A stretch of DNA of 44,207 nucleotides from a virus (taxonomy: Duplodnaviria > Heunggongvirae > Uroviricota > Caudoviricetes). Shown one piece after another: positions 1 to 8,906 of the stretch (position 1 is the first letter of the stretch; every line of letters starts with the position of its first letter). The translations under genes were made by a program, and so were the position numbers. Where the stretch lies: the IMG/VR virus record IMGVR_UViG_638341086_000016; one strand, given 5' to 3'. The notes below the pieces were generated by a model. That model worked only from the letters and a program-made list of their open reading frames with translations, did not search any database and was not told the DNA's origin.

Positions 1-84
1 ATCAATCACGCTCATCATCTGCGTGGACTTAAGATTGTCCTTTGCCTCAACCGGCGTGTGCGCCTTGCCGCCACCTTTGCCCAT
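1..84 (-). CDS. J: tail tip / host specificity protein J, first 28 codons only (gene continues beyond left edge)
   Basis: Reverse complement of 1..84 reads MGKGGGKAHTPVEAKDNLKSTQMMSVID, matching the conserved lambda gpJ N-terminus; absent from ORF track because no stop lies in the window. Confidence 0.75.
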   Translation of the reverse strand, partial: MGKGGGKAHTPVEAKDNLKSTQMMSVID

Positions 85-112
85 TGTCTCACCCTTTACT
101 GTGATAACTGTT

Positions 113-150
113 ACGCACAAAAACAACAGGCATCCCGGAGGATGCCTGTA
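113..150 (-). terminator. intrinsic-terminator-like hairpin between I and J
   Basis: Perfect 9-bp inverted repeat CAGGCATCC / GGATGCCTG with 4-nt loop at about 127..148, followed on the - strand by a T-rich tract (TTGTTTTTGTG). Confidence 0.5.
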
Positions 151-279
151 TCATCACTGAATAAAACTTATGAATATCTTCACATTTTCACAAACTGACT
201 GTGGTGCTAATAATTTCTCTGCGTTAATGTTTTTGTCGTGACATAAGAATAATTCTCTATAGTTAATCTTCGTAACTCT

Positions 280-312
280 CCCGCAGCTCCGCAACACTGC
301 GGGATTTTTTTA
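280..312 (+). terminator. intrinsic-terminator-like hairpin, plus-strand orientation
   Basis: 7-bp stem CCCGCAG / CTGCGGG with 10-nt loop followed by ATTTTTTTATTCTTTTT on the + strand. Confidence 0.45.
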
Positions 313-318
313 TTCTTT

Positions 319-999
319 TTACCCCTGCCGCCCGATAACCACGACCTTTCCGCCACCGCCTTCATCACGGGTGCTGATGTCCTGGGAGATTCGCCGGGAG
401 CCAACCAGCATTTCACCGTAAGGCACCGGCATCGGGTTCCCCTGGGCAATCATATTGTCCAGTGACGAAAAATACGTGTTCTGTTTACCGTTATCCGTTG
501 CGCGGTAATCCGGTGTTTTTGCCTTCGGTGCCAGCATCTGGGCCACACCACCCAGAATCATACTGGCACCCAGTGAAAACAGCATCGTGGTGGCAGAAAA
601 ACCACCGGCACTCAGGGCTGTACCCCATAACGCCATCGAGCCTCCGGCAGTGAAGAAAGAGCCCACGATGGCTGCCGCCCCCAGCACAATCTGCAGTCCA
701 CCCTTTCCGGCTCCGGCCAGTCGCGGCACAATATGGATAACCGTTCCCTCACCCAGTTGTTCGTGAAGGCGGGCATACACCACCTCCGGTGCCGTGTCCT
801 CACCGCGAATACGTATCTGGTACCACCCTTCGTTCATCTGACGGCGGAATCCCGGCACCTGTAACGACAGCGCCCGGATGGCTTCCGCTGCCGTGTTCAC
901 GTACAGGCTGAGGCGGCGGCCAAATCGTTGTAAATCCCCGTGAAGGCAGATGCGTGCCAGTGGCGGTGACGCCAGACAGAATGCGTTCGTCGTTGCCAT
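319..999 (-). CDS. I: tail tip assembly protein I
   Basis: 226 aa; N-terminus ...ARICLHGDLQRFGRR... and Gly/Ala-rich C-terminal half ending VVVIGRQG as in lambda gpI; sits after K. Confidence 0.9.
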   Translation of the reverse strand: MATTNAFCLASPPLARICLHGDLQRFGRRLSLYVNTAAEAIRALSLQVPGFRRQMNEGWYQIRIRGEDTAPEVVYARLHEQLGEGTVIHIVPRLAGAGKGGLQIVLGAAAIVGSFFTAGGSMALWGTALSAGGFSATTMLFSLGASMILGGVAQMLAPKAKTPDYRATDNGKQNTYFSSLDNMIAQGNPMPVPYGEMLVGSRRISQDISTRDEGGGGKVVVIGRQG

Positions 1000-1640
1000 T
1001 TTTCGGAATACCTCTCCCGTTTACTCAGTTGTTCAGGCAGATGGTGAAGCAGTTCACCGTTGCCGCAGTAAATGGCGGCATGATTGGCCACCGATGCGCC
1101 AAAGCAGCACAGCAGGATATCGCCCTCCTGTGCAGAGGACAGGGGCACCCGGTAAAAGCCTGTGACCGCCATATTGTCCAGGTAAAGGTTCTGACCGTTG
1201 CGCCACCAGTCATCCTCACGCTCAAAATCCGGCATATCAATTCCCGCCAGATGGTATGCATCCCGGAACAGGGTGTAACAATCCGTCACCCCGTGCTCAA
1301 AGCGCCGTCCCGTCAGGTGCGGCACGCAGCGGAATTTGTGAATGTCACCCCGGCAGACCAGCCACCAGGGCAGTGCGCTTTTTATCTGCAGCCGCCGGTC
1401 AGCCTCGCTCAGCCAGGGCAGCCCACCGGGATGACTGTGGACCAGTGCCACAATCTCCCCCTGCATCTGTGCCTGCAGCCAGTCTTCCGGTGCGATACGA
1501 AAATACGCCTCCGGCTCTGCAGAAATATTCACACAAGGGATATACCACTCCCCCTCCGGCGTGCTTATCACGAAGCCGCACGACTCCGCAGGCGCACACC
1601 GCCGGGCATGCGCCAGAATCGCTGATTCTGTCTGTGTCAT
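897..1640 (-). CDS. K: tail tip assembly protein K (JAB/MPN plus NlpC/P60-like domains)
   Basis: 247 aa with HSHPGG metalloprotease-like motif and conserved RCVPHLTGRRFEHGVTDCYTLFRDAYH block; track ORF overlaps I by about 100 nt, so the true 3' end is uncertain. Confidence 0.85.
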   Translation of the reverse strand: MTQTESAILAHARRCAPAESCGFVISTPEGEWYIPCVNISAEPEAYFRIAPEDWLQAQMQGEIVALVHSHPGGLPWLSEADRRLQIKSALPWWLVCRGDIHKFRCVPHLTGRRFEHGVTDCYTLFRDAYHLAGIDMPDFEREDDWWRNGQNLYLDNMAVTGFYRVPLSSAQEGDILLCCFGASVANHAAIYCGNGELLHHLPEQLSKRERYSEKWQRRTHSVWRHRHWHASAFTGIYNDLAAASACT

Positions 1641-1645
1641 TGGAT

Positions 1646-2344
1646 TTACTGCGAAAGTTTGTTAATGGAAAGGAAACCGCCAAAATTAGCCACCATGCCG
1701 CGCATCTCACACCCGCGCATGCACTTGCTGCATCTGTCCTTACGGATATCGGTGGTGGGTTTATCGAACTCATCCGCCACCGCAGGACCGTTATACCCGC
1801 ATTCATCTCCCCGGTAATCCCACATACAGGTGTTCGCCAGCATGATGCGACCGGGAAACAGCGCTCCGTCCGTCTCCGTCGGTGTTGCCAGCACAAACGA
1901 GGCTGTCATGGCCGTCAGCTCTGACATCTGCTCCACCACCCAGCGGTCGCTCAGCTCCTGCTCCGGGTCCGCTTCCGGATTGCCCGCCACAAAATTCACC
2001 GCATCCAGAAAACGGGCATACACCCGGCGGCGGACCACCGTGGCCCCCACCAGGCTCTGCAGGTCCTCCGCCATCCCGGTGACCAGACCGAACAGATTCG
2101 ACACCGTCAGCGACGGGCGGGCACTGCTGCCCTTCCCGTTCATCTCAAAGCCACTGCCGTCAATCGGGTATGCCTGATATTGCCGCCCCTGCCAGGTAAC
2201 CGCCTCCCCTTTTTCATTCAGCTCATTACAGAAAAAATACCGCTCACCGCCCTGTACCATCAGGTCGATTTCCCAGAGTACCACCCGCGGTGACTGCTCT
2301 GATTTAACCGACTCGTTCAGACTTTCTTCGTGAATATCCTGCAT
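1646..2344 (-). CDS. L: minor tail protein L
   Basis: 232 aa, same length as lambda gpL, with Cys cluster CSKCMRGCE near the C-terminus; positioned between M and K. Confidence 0.9.
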   Translation of the reverse strand: MQDIHEESLNESVKSEQSPRVVLWEIDLMVQGGERYFFCNELNEKGEAVTWQGRQYQAYPIDGSGFEMNGKGSSARPSLTVSNLFGLVTGMAEDLQSLVGATVVRRRVYARFLDAVNFVAGNPEADPEQELSDRWVVEQMSELTAMTASFVLATPTETDGALFPGRIMLANTCMWDYRGDECGYNGPAVADEFDKPTTDIRKDRCSKCMRGCEMRGMVANFGGFLSINKLSQ

Positions 2345-2685
2345 CAGTTCACCACCTGCTCAATCGTACAACTGAAATCACTGTACCTGGCGTTATCTGT
2401 GACGCTCCACTCCCGGCATACCACCCTCACCGTCCGGTTATGTTTCGGCGGTCGCCACAAAAAGGCACGGTAACCACCATGCCACGATAAAAACTCTTCC
2501 AGCCATCGCCGGGTCGCCTCATCCGTCACCCGGAACACCGCCTGAAACGTCTTCAGTCGGGCATTAAGTCCCGTCGGGCGGCGCTGTTCATAACCGTCAC
2601 CAAACCGTACCCTCGCCACCGACGGTTTCTCACTCACCTGCATCCCTTCACGCGGGACCAGATGCAGCGTTTTTATCTCAGCCAC
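2344..2685 (-). CDS. M: minor tail protein M
   Basis: 113 aa, lambda gpM-like, start overlaps the stop of H. Confidence 0.85.
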   Translation of the reverse strand: MAEIKTLHLVPREGMQVSEKPSVARVRFGDGYEQRRPTGLNARLKTFQAVFRVTDEATRRWLEEFLSWHGGYRAFLWRPPKHNRTVRVVCREWSVTDNARYSDFSCTIEQVVN

Positions 2686-5600
2686 TCAGCATTCCTCCGT
2701 CACGTCGCATGGACAGCATCACCGCCTGCACCCGCTGGTCAATCAGCTGCACAAGACTGCCTGCCGCCTCCGGCCCTATCTGGCCATTAGTCCCGTCATT
2801 CTGAATGGCGATATGGTAGACCGGGGAATACACCAGACCTGCACTGCCGTTCATACTGCCCACCGCTCGCACACCCAGCGAGCCATCCGCCGCCCGGGTC
2901 AGGGGCATAATGGCTTCAGGACCGGCCTCCCCCATCAGTCCCGCCCCTTTTGCAAAGGCAAAGTACGTGGGCGTATCCACAATACTGTTGCTGTACGCAC
3001 TCAGGTTTGCCGAGGTATACACGCCGCCTTTTGCATTGGCCACCGCACCGCCCAGCCAGTCACCAATGCTGCCGAGAAATCCTCCTGCACCGGACATACT
3101 GTTTGCCGCCGTCTTAATTCCGTTGACAATCGCGGCATTCATAAGAACTTTTGAGATTTCCTGCAGTACGGATGAGGCCCAGCTGCGCCATTCCACTTTA
3201 TTTCCGTTCAGCATCTCCGTGATGTTATTCACTATCCCTGAGATACCCTCCGTCGCAAGCTGTGCTGCCTGTGAGGCGTAATCGGACGCATTATCCACCC
3301 AGTTACTGAATCCCTCCTGCAGCCCTTTCTGCCAGTCCGCACGCTGCACATCCGATTCGGCATAAAAGGCTTCCTGCTCTTTCAGACGTTCACTCAGATA
3401 CTGTGCATTCTGCGCCAGCGCCTGTCTGTAAAAATCCTCACTGATATCCCCGGTCTGATACTGAGACTGAAGGTCCGCATCCTTCTGGCGGAAGCTGTCG
3501 CGGATCTGCTGCAACTCCCGCATGCGTTCCCTGGCTCGTTCTCCCTGCCCGTACCCCAGCAGTTCGGCTTCATTTGATGCACGCGCAGCCGCATTCTCAT
3601 TCTTCAGGGTCTCTTCCCGGGATCGCAACTGTTCCCGGATTTTTTGCTGGTCAATCAGGGCCGCGTTACGCAGCAGTTCCTGCTTCTGTATCTCCGACAG
3701 GGTTTTCAGTTCGCCCTGCGCAGTCTGGTACTTCAGCTTCGCCAGCTCTGTATTCTGACCCGCCAGTGCCAGCTGCTCTTTCTGCTGCTTAAGCAGCCGG
3801 GAAAAACTGTCTTCCGCTTTTTCCGTCTCTGATTTTCCACCCCGGGATTTGGGTTTATTCGCCTCGTTATTGCGCCAGGCTTCCAGGGCATTACTGATAT
3901 AACGTTGTCTCGCCTCCTGATACGGATCACCCACAAAACCGAGGTCATCCGCCGCATACCCCAGTCGGACACGCTCTTTTTCTTCCCCTTTCAGTCTGGA
4001 CAGGGCCAGCTCACGCTCTGTTTTTGTCAGGGCACTCTGCTGTTTATCATCCAGAGTGGCCTGTGGCAGCCGTAACGGCACATTCACCAGTCCCTGCCGC
4101 TGCTGAAGCAGTTCATTACCCAGCCCCAGCAGACGGTTGAATTCCGTATGCTGACCGTTCATAACCAGCATGGACTGGTACACCTTATTCTGCTCTGCCG
4201 CCTGCTGACGAATTAACGCCACACGACGGTCTTCCAGCCCGGCAAGCACATCCTGAATGGACTGCGCTTTTTCCTGCATCTGTGCCAGACGGGACTGCTC
4301 AACGGCAAGCTGCTCTGTTGCCTGAGCAAGCCCTTCCGTTACGGTCTTCACCGAGGTCAGATGGTTTATCATGAATCCGTCACCGGTCGTCCAGCCCGGG
4401 GTCGCCAGAACATACTGATATCCTGCGATTTTTTCCTGCAGGGATTTCACCCGACTGGCCTGTTCATCAATCAGCCGGTTCTGCTCTGTCAGCGCCGCCC
4501 GTGTTCGTCCTTCATTATCTGAGGCTTCAGGCAAAGACATTGACGGCGTTTTATGCGCGATTTCATCTATCGTCAGTGCATACTGGCGCGCAGACTCCCT
4601 GGCCTGCTCCTGATTCTGGTACAGCGTGTACCATGCTGCAGCCCCCAGCATCACCAGTCCGGGTACGCCACCAACCAGCCCCAGCGCACCGCTCATCAGA
4701 CGTGAGCCCACCGCCGTTGTACTGTTCAGCGCATTCTGGGCGGCGCTTCTGGCAGCAATATTTCTGTTCAGGCGTTCCTGTGTGGCCGCCAGACGGGCCT
4801 CTGCAGCAATCTGCATCTCCGTCCCGCGGGCTGCCGCCACGGCCTGCTGAGCACGGTACACGGCTGCCCTTGCCCGCGCCGTGGCAATCTGCGTTCCCCT
4901 GAACTGTGCTTCCGCCAGTGCAACTTCATTACGTGCAGCCGTCACAAGTCCTGCCGTGGCAGACATCGCTCCGGAGGCCATATTGCCAAAGTACCGGGCA
5001 ACCCCGACGGCAACCAGCGCCCCCGCGGCTGTTGCCACATTATCAATCTGTCCGGCAACACCGTTCAGCACGCCGGAGAGCGTTTTTGTCACCCCGCTGG
5101 CCTCATTCGCACCGCCCACCCAGGCCATAAAGGCGTTTTCCACCTTTGTGATCCCGTCAGAGACCGTTTCTGGCATGGCGGCATATTCATCACGCAATGT
5201 CCCCAGCTGGCTGATTAACGCGGGCACGACTTTATCCGCCGTCAGTTTGCCGTCATCCGCCATCGCCTTCAGATCTTTACGGGCCACGCCCATGCCTGCA
5301 GCCAGTGCACGAATGATCCGGTCACCACTTTCATTGACCGAATTAAATTCCTCACCGCGCAACACACCCTGTGCCAGCGCCTGGCTGAACTGGGTGATCA
5401 CCGAACCCGCCTCAGCCGTACTGGCACCGGAGATTTTCAGCCCCGTGGAAATGGCCTCCGTCACCTTCAGCACATCATCAGCACTGTAACCATATTCACG
5501 CATCGAGGCAGCCGAACGGGCAAACAGGGCCGCATTATCCGAAAAAGCGGTACCTGTCCGCTGACTGATATCCATCAGCACTTTCTGTGATGACGAAAAT

Positions 5601-5920
5601 TCATCGGATGACTGTGATGCCTGTTTCAGACGGGCATTCACGGAACTCCACTCATCAGCCAGTGAAATCAGGTGTCCGGTGGCAAAGGCACCGGCAAATG
5701 CGCCAGCCATTCCGACAGCCGAAGCGCGGATTTCCGTCAACTGGCTGTTCAGTTCTGCCAGGGCACGTCGCTGCTCCCGGGCTGCCGCAGCGGCCTGACG
5801 CCCGCCATTCTGCAGGGTCCGGTAATATTCACTGCCCATACGGGAAGCCCGCTGGATCTCCGACTGGAATGACTGTGAATTTGCCGAAATTTTGATAATC
5901 AGTTCACGTAACGTCGCCAT
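2678..5920 (-). CDS. H: tail tape measure protein H
   Basis: 1080-aa Ala/Gln/Leu-rich coiled-coil protein with Gly-rich hydrophobic segment, located between GT and M as in lambda. Confidence 0.9.
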   Translation of the reverse strand: MATLRELIIKISANSQSFQSEIQRASRMGSEYYRTLQNGGRQAAAAAREQRRALAELNSQLTEIRASAVGMAGAFAGAFATGHLISLADEWSSVNARLKQASQSSDEFSSSQKVLMDISQRTGTAFSDNAALFARSAASMREYGYSADDVLKVTEAISTGLKISGASTAEAGSVITQFSQALAQGVLRGEEFNSVNESGDRIIRALAAGMGVARKDLKAMADDGKLTADKVVPALISQLGTLRDEYAAMPETVSDGITKVENAFMAWVGGANEASGVTKTLSGVLNGVAGQIDNVATAAGALVAVGVARYFGNMASGAMSATAGLVTAARNEVALAEAQFRGTQIATARARAAVYRAQQAVAAARGTEMQIAAEARLAATQERLNRNIAARSAAQNALNSTTAVGSRLMSGALGLVGGVPGLVMLGAAAWYTLYQNQEQARESARQYALTIDEIAHKTPSMSLPEASDNEGRTRAALTEQNRLIDEQASRVKSLQEKIAGYQYVLATPGWTTGDGFMINHLTSVKTVTEGLAQATEQLAVEQSRLAQMQEKAQSIQDVLAGLEDRRVALIRQQAAEQNKVYQSMLVMNGQHTEFNRLLGLGNELLQQRQGLVNVPLRLPQATLDDKQQSALTKTERELALSRLKGEEKERVRLGYAADDLGFVGDPYQEARQRYISNALEAWRNNEANKPKSRGGKSETEKAEDSFSRLLKQQKEQLALAGQNTELAKLKYQTAQGELKTLSEIQKQELLRNAALIDQQKIREQLRSREETLKNENAAARASNEAELLGYGQGERARERMRELQQIRDSFRQKDADLQSQYQTGDISEDFYRQALAQNAQYLSERLKEQEAFYAESDVQRADWQKGLQEGFSNWVDNASDYASQAAQLATEGISGIVNNITEMLNGNKVEWRSWASSVLQEISKVLMNAAIVNGIKTAANSMSGAGGFLGSIGDWLGGAVANAKGGVYTSANLSAYSNSIVDTPTYFAFAKGAGLMGEAGPEAIMPLTRAADGSLGVRAVGSMNGSAGLVYSPVYHIAIQNDGTNGQIGPEAAGSLVQLIDQRVQAVMLSMRRDGGMLSG

Positions 5921-5936
5921 TCACCTTTCTCCGGGC

Positions 5937-5960
5937 GTAAAAAAACCGCCTCAGCGGTTC
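5937..5960 (-). terminator. terminator-like hairpin AACCGC-CTCA-GCGGTT plus U-run between T and H
   Basis: 6-bp GC-rich stem, 4-nt loop, A7 on + strand (U7 on - strand), immediately upstream of the H ribosome-binding site. Confidence 0.5.
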
Positions 5961-5967
5961 TCATCAT

Positions 5968-6647
5968 TCATGACTGTGCTGCAAAGCTCAGCGCGTCTTC
6001 CAGCGCCGCAAACGGATCCACCTCCGGCTTATCCTCATCCTCGCCCCAGCAGAGCATGGCGTCCTTCAGTGCAACATTCATCCCCTGTGCCCCGAAAACC
6101 GCTTTCACGATCTGTGCATTACGGATATCCCCGCGCTCATCACCCAGCGGGGACACCCTGTCAAACTCCATCCACATCATCGCCTCGCTCGCACTCAGGC
6201 TGTGCCGCAGTTCGGATAAGGTGCGCCCCAGACGGAGCGCAAGTCGCATCAGAAAGCGAATTTCCGGGCGGGCTACTTTTTTCTGGCCGACTCTGCATCA
6301 GCGATCAGTTCCAGTGCCTGACGCAGCAACCGGGCATGTACCGGACCATAGACGGCCAGCACCTGCTCACGGTCGTCCGGAGTGAACACCCGTTGCAGGT
6401 CCGTATCACACAGGACATCGCAGAACAGCGTCACATCCGCTTCCAGGTTACGGCGGGTTTTCGCCACCACCGACAGGGTATCGTCATCCTCTCCATCACC
6501 ATTGAGCACTTCCTGCCACAGATACCAGGCCTCTGCCGAAGGCTCCCGCAACACCACGCTGACATTTCCCCATTCCGGCACCTTCACCGTTTTATGACGG
6601 AACCCCGACAGTCTGGCCAGCGCCAGTGTTTTCAGATCTTTTGCCAT
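5968..6647 (-). CDS. tail assembly chaperone GT, -1 programmed frameshift fusion (G plus T extension 5968..6249)
   Basis: After a -1 slip at AAAAAAG (about 6276..6282) the reading continues KKVARPEIRFLMRLALRL... into the 93-aa T frame; arrangement matches lambda G/GT. Confidence 0.75.
6273..6647 (-). CDS. G: tail assembly chaperone G
   Basis: 124 aa, acidic; ends ...ADAESARKK-stop with slippery heptamer A-AAA-AAG directly before the TAG stop. Confidence 0.85.
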   Translation of the reverse strand: MAKDLKTLALARLSGFRHKTVKVPEWGNVSVVLREPSAEAWYLWQEVLNGDGEDDDTLSVVAKTRRNLEADVTLFCDVLCDTDLQRVFTPDDREQVLAVYGPVHARLLRQALELIADAESARKK

Positions 6648-6652
6648 AAGCC

Positions 6653-7369
6653 TTATCCGCCCGCACCATTAACCGTTACCGTACACGCATCAGAGGTAAT
6701 GCTCTGCGGCTGTTCTGCAGAATCCGTTACCTCGCAGGTATAAGCCCCCTTATCACCTGACTGCGCATTGGCTTTACTGAAAGTGTCAGTAGTCTGTCCC
6801 TCTACCGGCTGACCATCCTTCTTCCAGGCGTGTTTATAAGGCGGCGTTCCCCCGTTGATACTGACTGACATTGTCAGCAGCGCACCGGTATTCACGGTAA
6901 GTGTCTTCTCCGGATTTTTCACAAACGCCAGCGGTACCACATAGGACACCGGTTTACCCTTCAGGCGAAGTGAGAACGTTGCAGCCACCACGCCGTTGGT
7001 ACCGGATGACCAGGTGTGCTGACGCACTTCCGCCAGGAACTTAAAGCCCTTACCGGACGGAAACTGCACCTTAAACGCATACACCGTGTCATTGTCATAG
7101 GCATCACGCAGGGCGTTCTGGGCCTGATTCAGATAAAAATTACCCGACATGGAAATCTCGGACGACGCCCCCAGACCGTTGATGTTCTCCTGCTCTGTGG
7201 AGCAGAGCGTGGTCACATCAATATCCTGTTTCTGACCGGCGGTGAACTGGACTTCCTTGATGGTGCAGTCCAGGCGCAGATATTCCGCCTTATCCATAGT
7301 TTCAGCAGTCGCCGGGGCAGATGAAATCATCACCTGCGTCAGCTGTGAGCGTTCATACAAAGCAGACAT
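6653..7369 (-). CDS. V: major tail protein with C-terminal Ig-like domain
   Basis: 238 aa; position upstream of G; C-terminal about 90 aa resemble a bacterial Ig-like (Big_2) domain (...TCEVTDSAEQPQSITSDACTVTV). Confidence 0.8.
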   Translation of the reverse strand: MSALYERSQLTQVMISSAPATAETMDKAEYLRLDCTIKEVQFTAGQKQDIDVTTLCSTEQENINGLGASSEISMSGNFYLNQAQNALRDAYDNDTVYAFKVQFPSGKGFKFLAEVRQHTWSSGTNGVVAATFSLRLKGKPVSYVVPLAFVKNPEKTLTVNTGALLTMSVSINGGTPPYKHAWKKDGQPVEGQTTDTFSKANAQSGDKGAYTCEVTDSAEQPQSITSDACTVTVNGAGG

Positions 7370-7382
7370 TCTGCCTCCTGAT

Positions 7383-7408
7383 AATAAAAAACCCGCACGC
7401 GGCGGGGT
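7383..7408 (-). terminator. terminator-like hairpin CCCGC-ACGCG-GCGGG plus U-run upstream of the major tail gene
   Basis: 5-bp stem preceded on + strand by A7; followed on - strand by TTTTTTATTATCAGGAGGCAGA-ATG (RBS and start of V). Confidence 0.45.
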
Positions 7409-7435
7409 ATGGGTTTTGTAGAAAAAAAGAAAAAG

Positions 7436-7780
7436 TCACACCGTGACCTGAAACTCCAGGGTAGCACGGTAACAGCGGTTTTCCGGAATATAGTCCTGCA
7501 TTTCACTGACGGATCCCGGGGCCAGCAGCATTATGGCTTCACGGGCGTCCTGACGTATCTGACGCGCCTGCGTCACTGTCCCGGCATAAACGTCTATCTG
7601 CACCGACACTGAGGACTCCGCCTGCCCGCCCATCACGTCCGCTGACACCGATGAAATCAGGCTGAAAACCACCCACGGAAGCGCCACCGACGGCCTGCCA
7701 TCCAGCAGGGGGACCACATACGGGTACACCTGCCCGCCGGCAAGATGCGCCAGATGAGGATACAAATCCGCCTCCGTCAT
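7436..7780 (-). CDS. tail completion / tail terminator-like protein (DUF3168-type)
   Basis: 114 aa; gene order between gp10-like protein and major tail protein. Confidence 0.55.
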   Translation of the reverse strand: MTEADLYPHLAHLAGGQVYPYVVPLLDGRPSVALPWVVFSLISSVSADVMGGQAESSVSVQIDVYAGTVTQARQIRQDAREAIMLLAPGSVSEMQDYIPENRCYRATLEFQVTV

Positions 7781-8223
7781 CGTCTCAGTACCTCATCAAT
7801 GGCCCGGTTCATCCGCGCAATCGCCACCTGTGCCGCCTGTTCACTGCGCACATCAAATGCCGGGCGCACAAACGGGTGCGGTGGCATATTCACGGTCCCC
7901 ATTTCCACAAACCGCCAGTAGAAAGCATTGCGCGGGTTATCCGCCTTCATGGTGTTATCGCTGTTACCGGTGTCCGGATTAACACCACGGATATGGACAC
8001 CGGATTCCATCCCGCCATCGCGGGAGCACCGGGAAAGGACCACCACATTGCGGCGCAGTTTTCCCCTGCGTACCGGTGCCCGTGACACCACTTCTTCTTT
8101 CAGCACATTCGCACCCGCACGGGTTGCCTCACGCAGCACCCGGTTATTTTCCGCACCACTCAGAAGCTGCAAATCGCGGCTGATGTCCTCCAGCCCCGAA
8201 AAATCCAGCAGGGTTTCGATCAT
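7777..8223 (-). CDS. HK97 gp10-family neck/tail component
   Basis: 148 aa with the characteristic FYWRFVEMGTVNMPPHPFVRPA block. Confidence 0.65.
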   Translation of the reverse strand: MIETLLDFSGLEDISRDLQLLSGAENNRVLREATRAGANVLKEEVVSRAPVRRGKLRRNVVVLSRCSRDGGMESGVHIRGVNPDTGNSDNTMKADNPRNAFYWRFVEMGTVNMPPHPFVRPAFDVRSEQAAQVAIARMNRAIDEVLRR

Positions 8224-8570
8224 TTTTCCCCTCCCAGNCGACAGAGAATTTCCAGACGCCCGCCGGTCGCATCCGGCACGGGCAGCCCGACAACGTTCAG
8301 GATCCGGTCACGCCATGGACCACTCAGCACATGAAGTCGTGACGCTGCCGTGATTTCCCGGCCGGACTGACCGCGCACCCAGATGCGGATTTCCGCCTGC
8401 GCCATTTCCGCACCGGACTGCATCCGCTCCCGGCTGCTCCTGCCACGGATATCCGCATGAATTTTCCCGCATGACACCCATTCTTCCGTCATTTCTCCGG
8501 CAGCATTACGGGTTAACACCGGGTTCAGAACACTTATCATCTGTGTCAGACGACCTGCAGATATTGCCAT
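8220..8570 (-). CDS. head closure / head-tail adaptor protein
   Basis: 116 aa; ...ADIRG...SGREITAAS... pattern typical of head-tail joining proteins; contains one ambiguous codon. Confidence 0.6.
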   Translation of the reverse strand: MAISAGRLTQMISVLNPVLTRNAAGEMTEEWVSCGKIHADIRGRSSRERMQSGAEMAQAEIRIWVRGQSGREITAASRLHVLSGPWRDRILNVVGLPVPDATGGRLEILCXLGGEK

Positions 8571-8579
8571 TCCCCCTCC

Positions 8580-8906
8580 TCATAACACCGTCGGACAACG
8601 CAAATCGTAAATCAGCACGGAAACAGAAAACGGCAGCTCCCCCTGAATCAGTTCTTCCCGCTCCGCAAGATCCGGATTCCGGTACAGCATCCCGGTCAGT
8701 CGCATGGCAGCCCCCTTCATCCGGGTTAATGCCTCGCCCGGGATCAGTTCACCGTCCTCACGAATCACCTTATCCCGGCTGCCCTGAATGTAGGCCAGCA
8801 GCACGGCGGTAGCCTGACGAACCTTGTCCATCAGCATGTCATCATCCGCGTCATGGTCGACACGCAGATGTGCCTTGATCTCTTCCAGTGTCAGTAATGC
8901 CGTCAT
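8580..8906 (-). CDS. gp6-like head-tail connector protein
   Basis: 108 aa; N-terminus LLTLEEIKAHLRVDHDADDDML is the hallmark of gp6-like connectors. Confidence 0.7.
   Translation of the reverse strand: MTALLTLEEIKAHLRVDHDADDDMLMDKVRQATAVLLAYIQGSRDKVIREDGELIPGEALTRMKGAAMRLTGMLYRNPDLAEREELIQGELPFSVSVLIYDLRCPTVL

Noticed and set aside
207-449. 80-aa - strand ORF overlapping the end of I and the I-J spacer
   Set aside because: TTG start, overlaps the conserved C-terminus of I in another frame, no RBS; the real J start is the ATG at 84.
4881-5489. 202-aa + strand ORF and several other + strand ORFs inside the tape measure gene
   Set aside because: Lie opposite a strongly conserved 1080-aa gene; Ala/Ser/Pro-rich antisense artefacts.
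5892-6743. 283-aa + strand ORF spanning the G/T region
   Set aside because: Antisense to the conserved tail chaperone genes, Pro/Arg-rich low-complexity translation typical of GC-rich antisense frames, non-ATG start.
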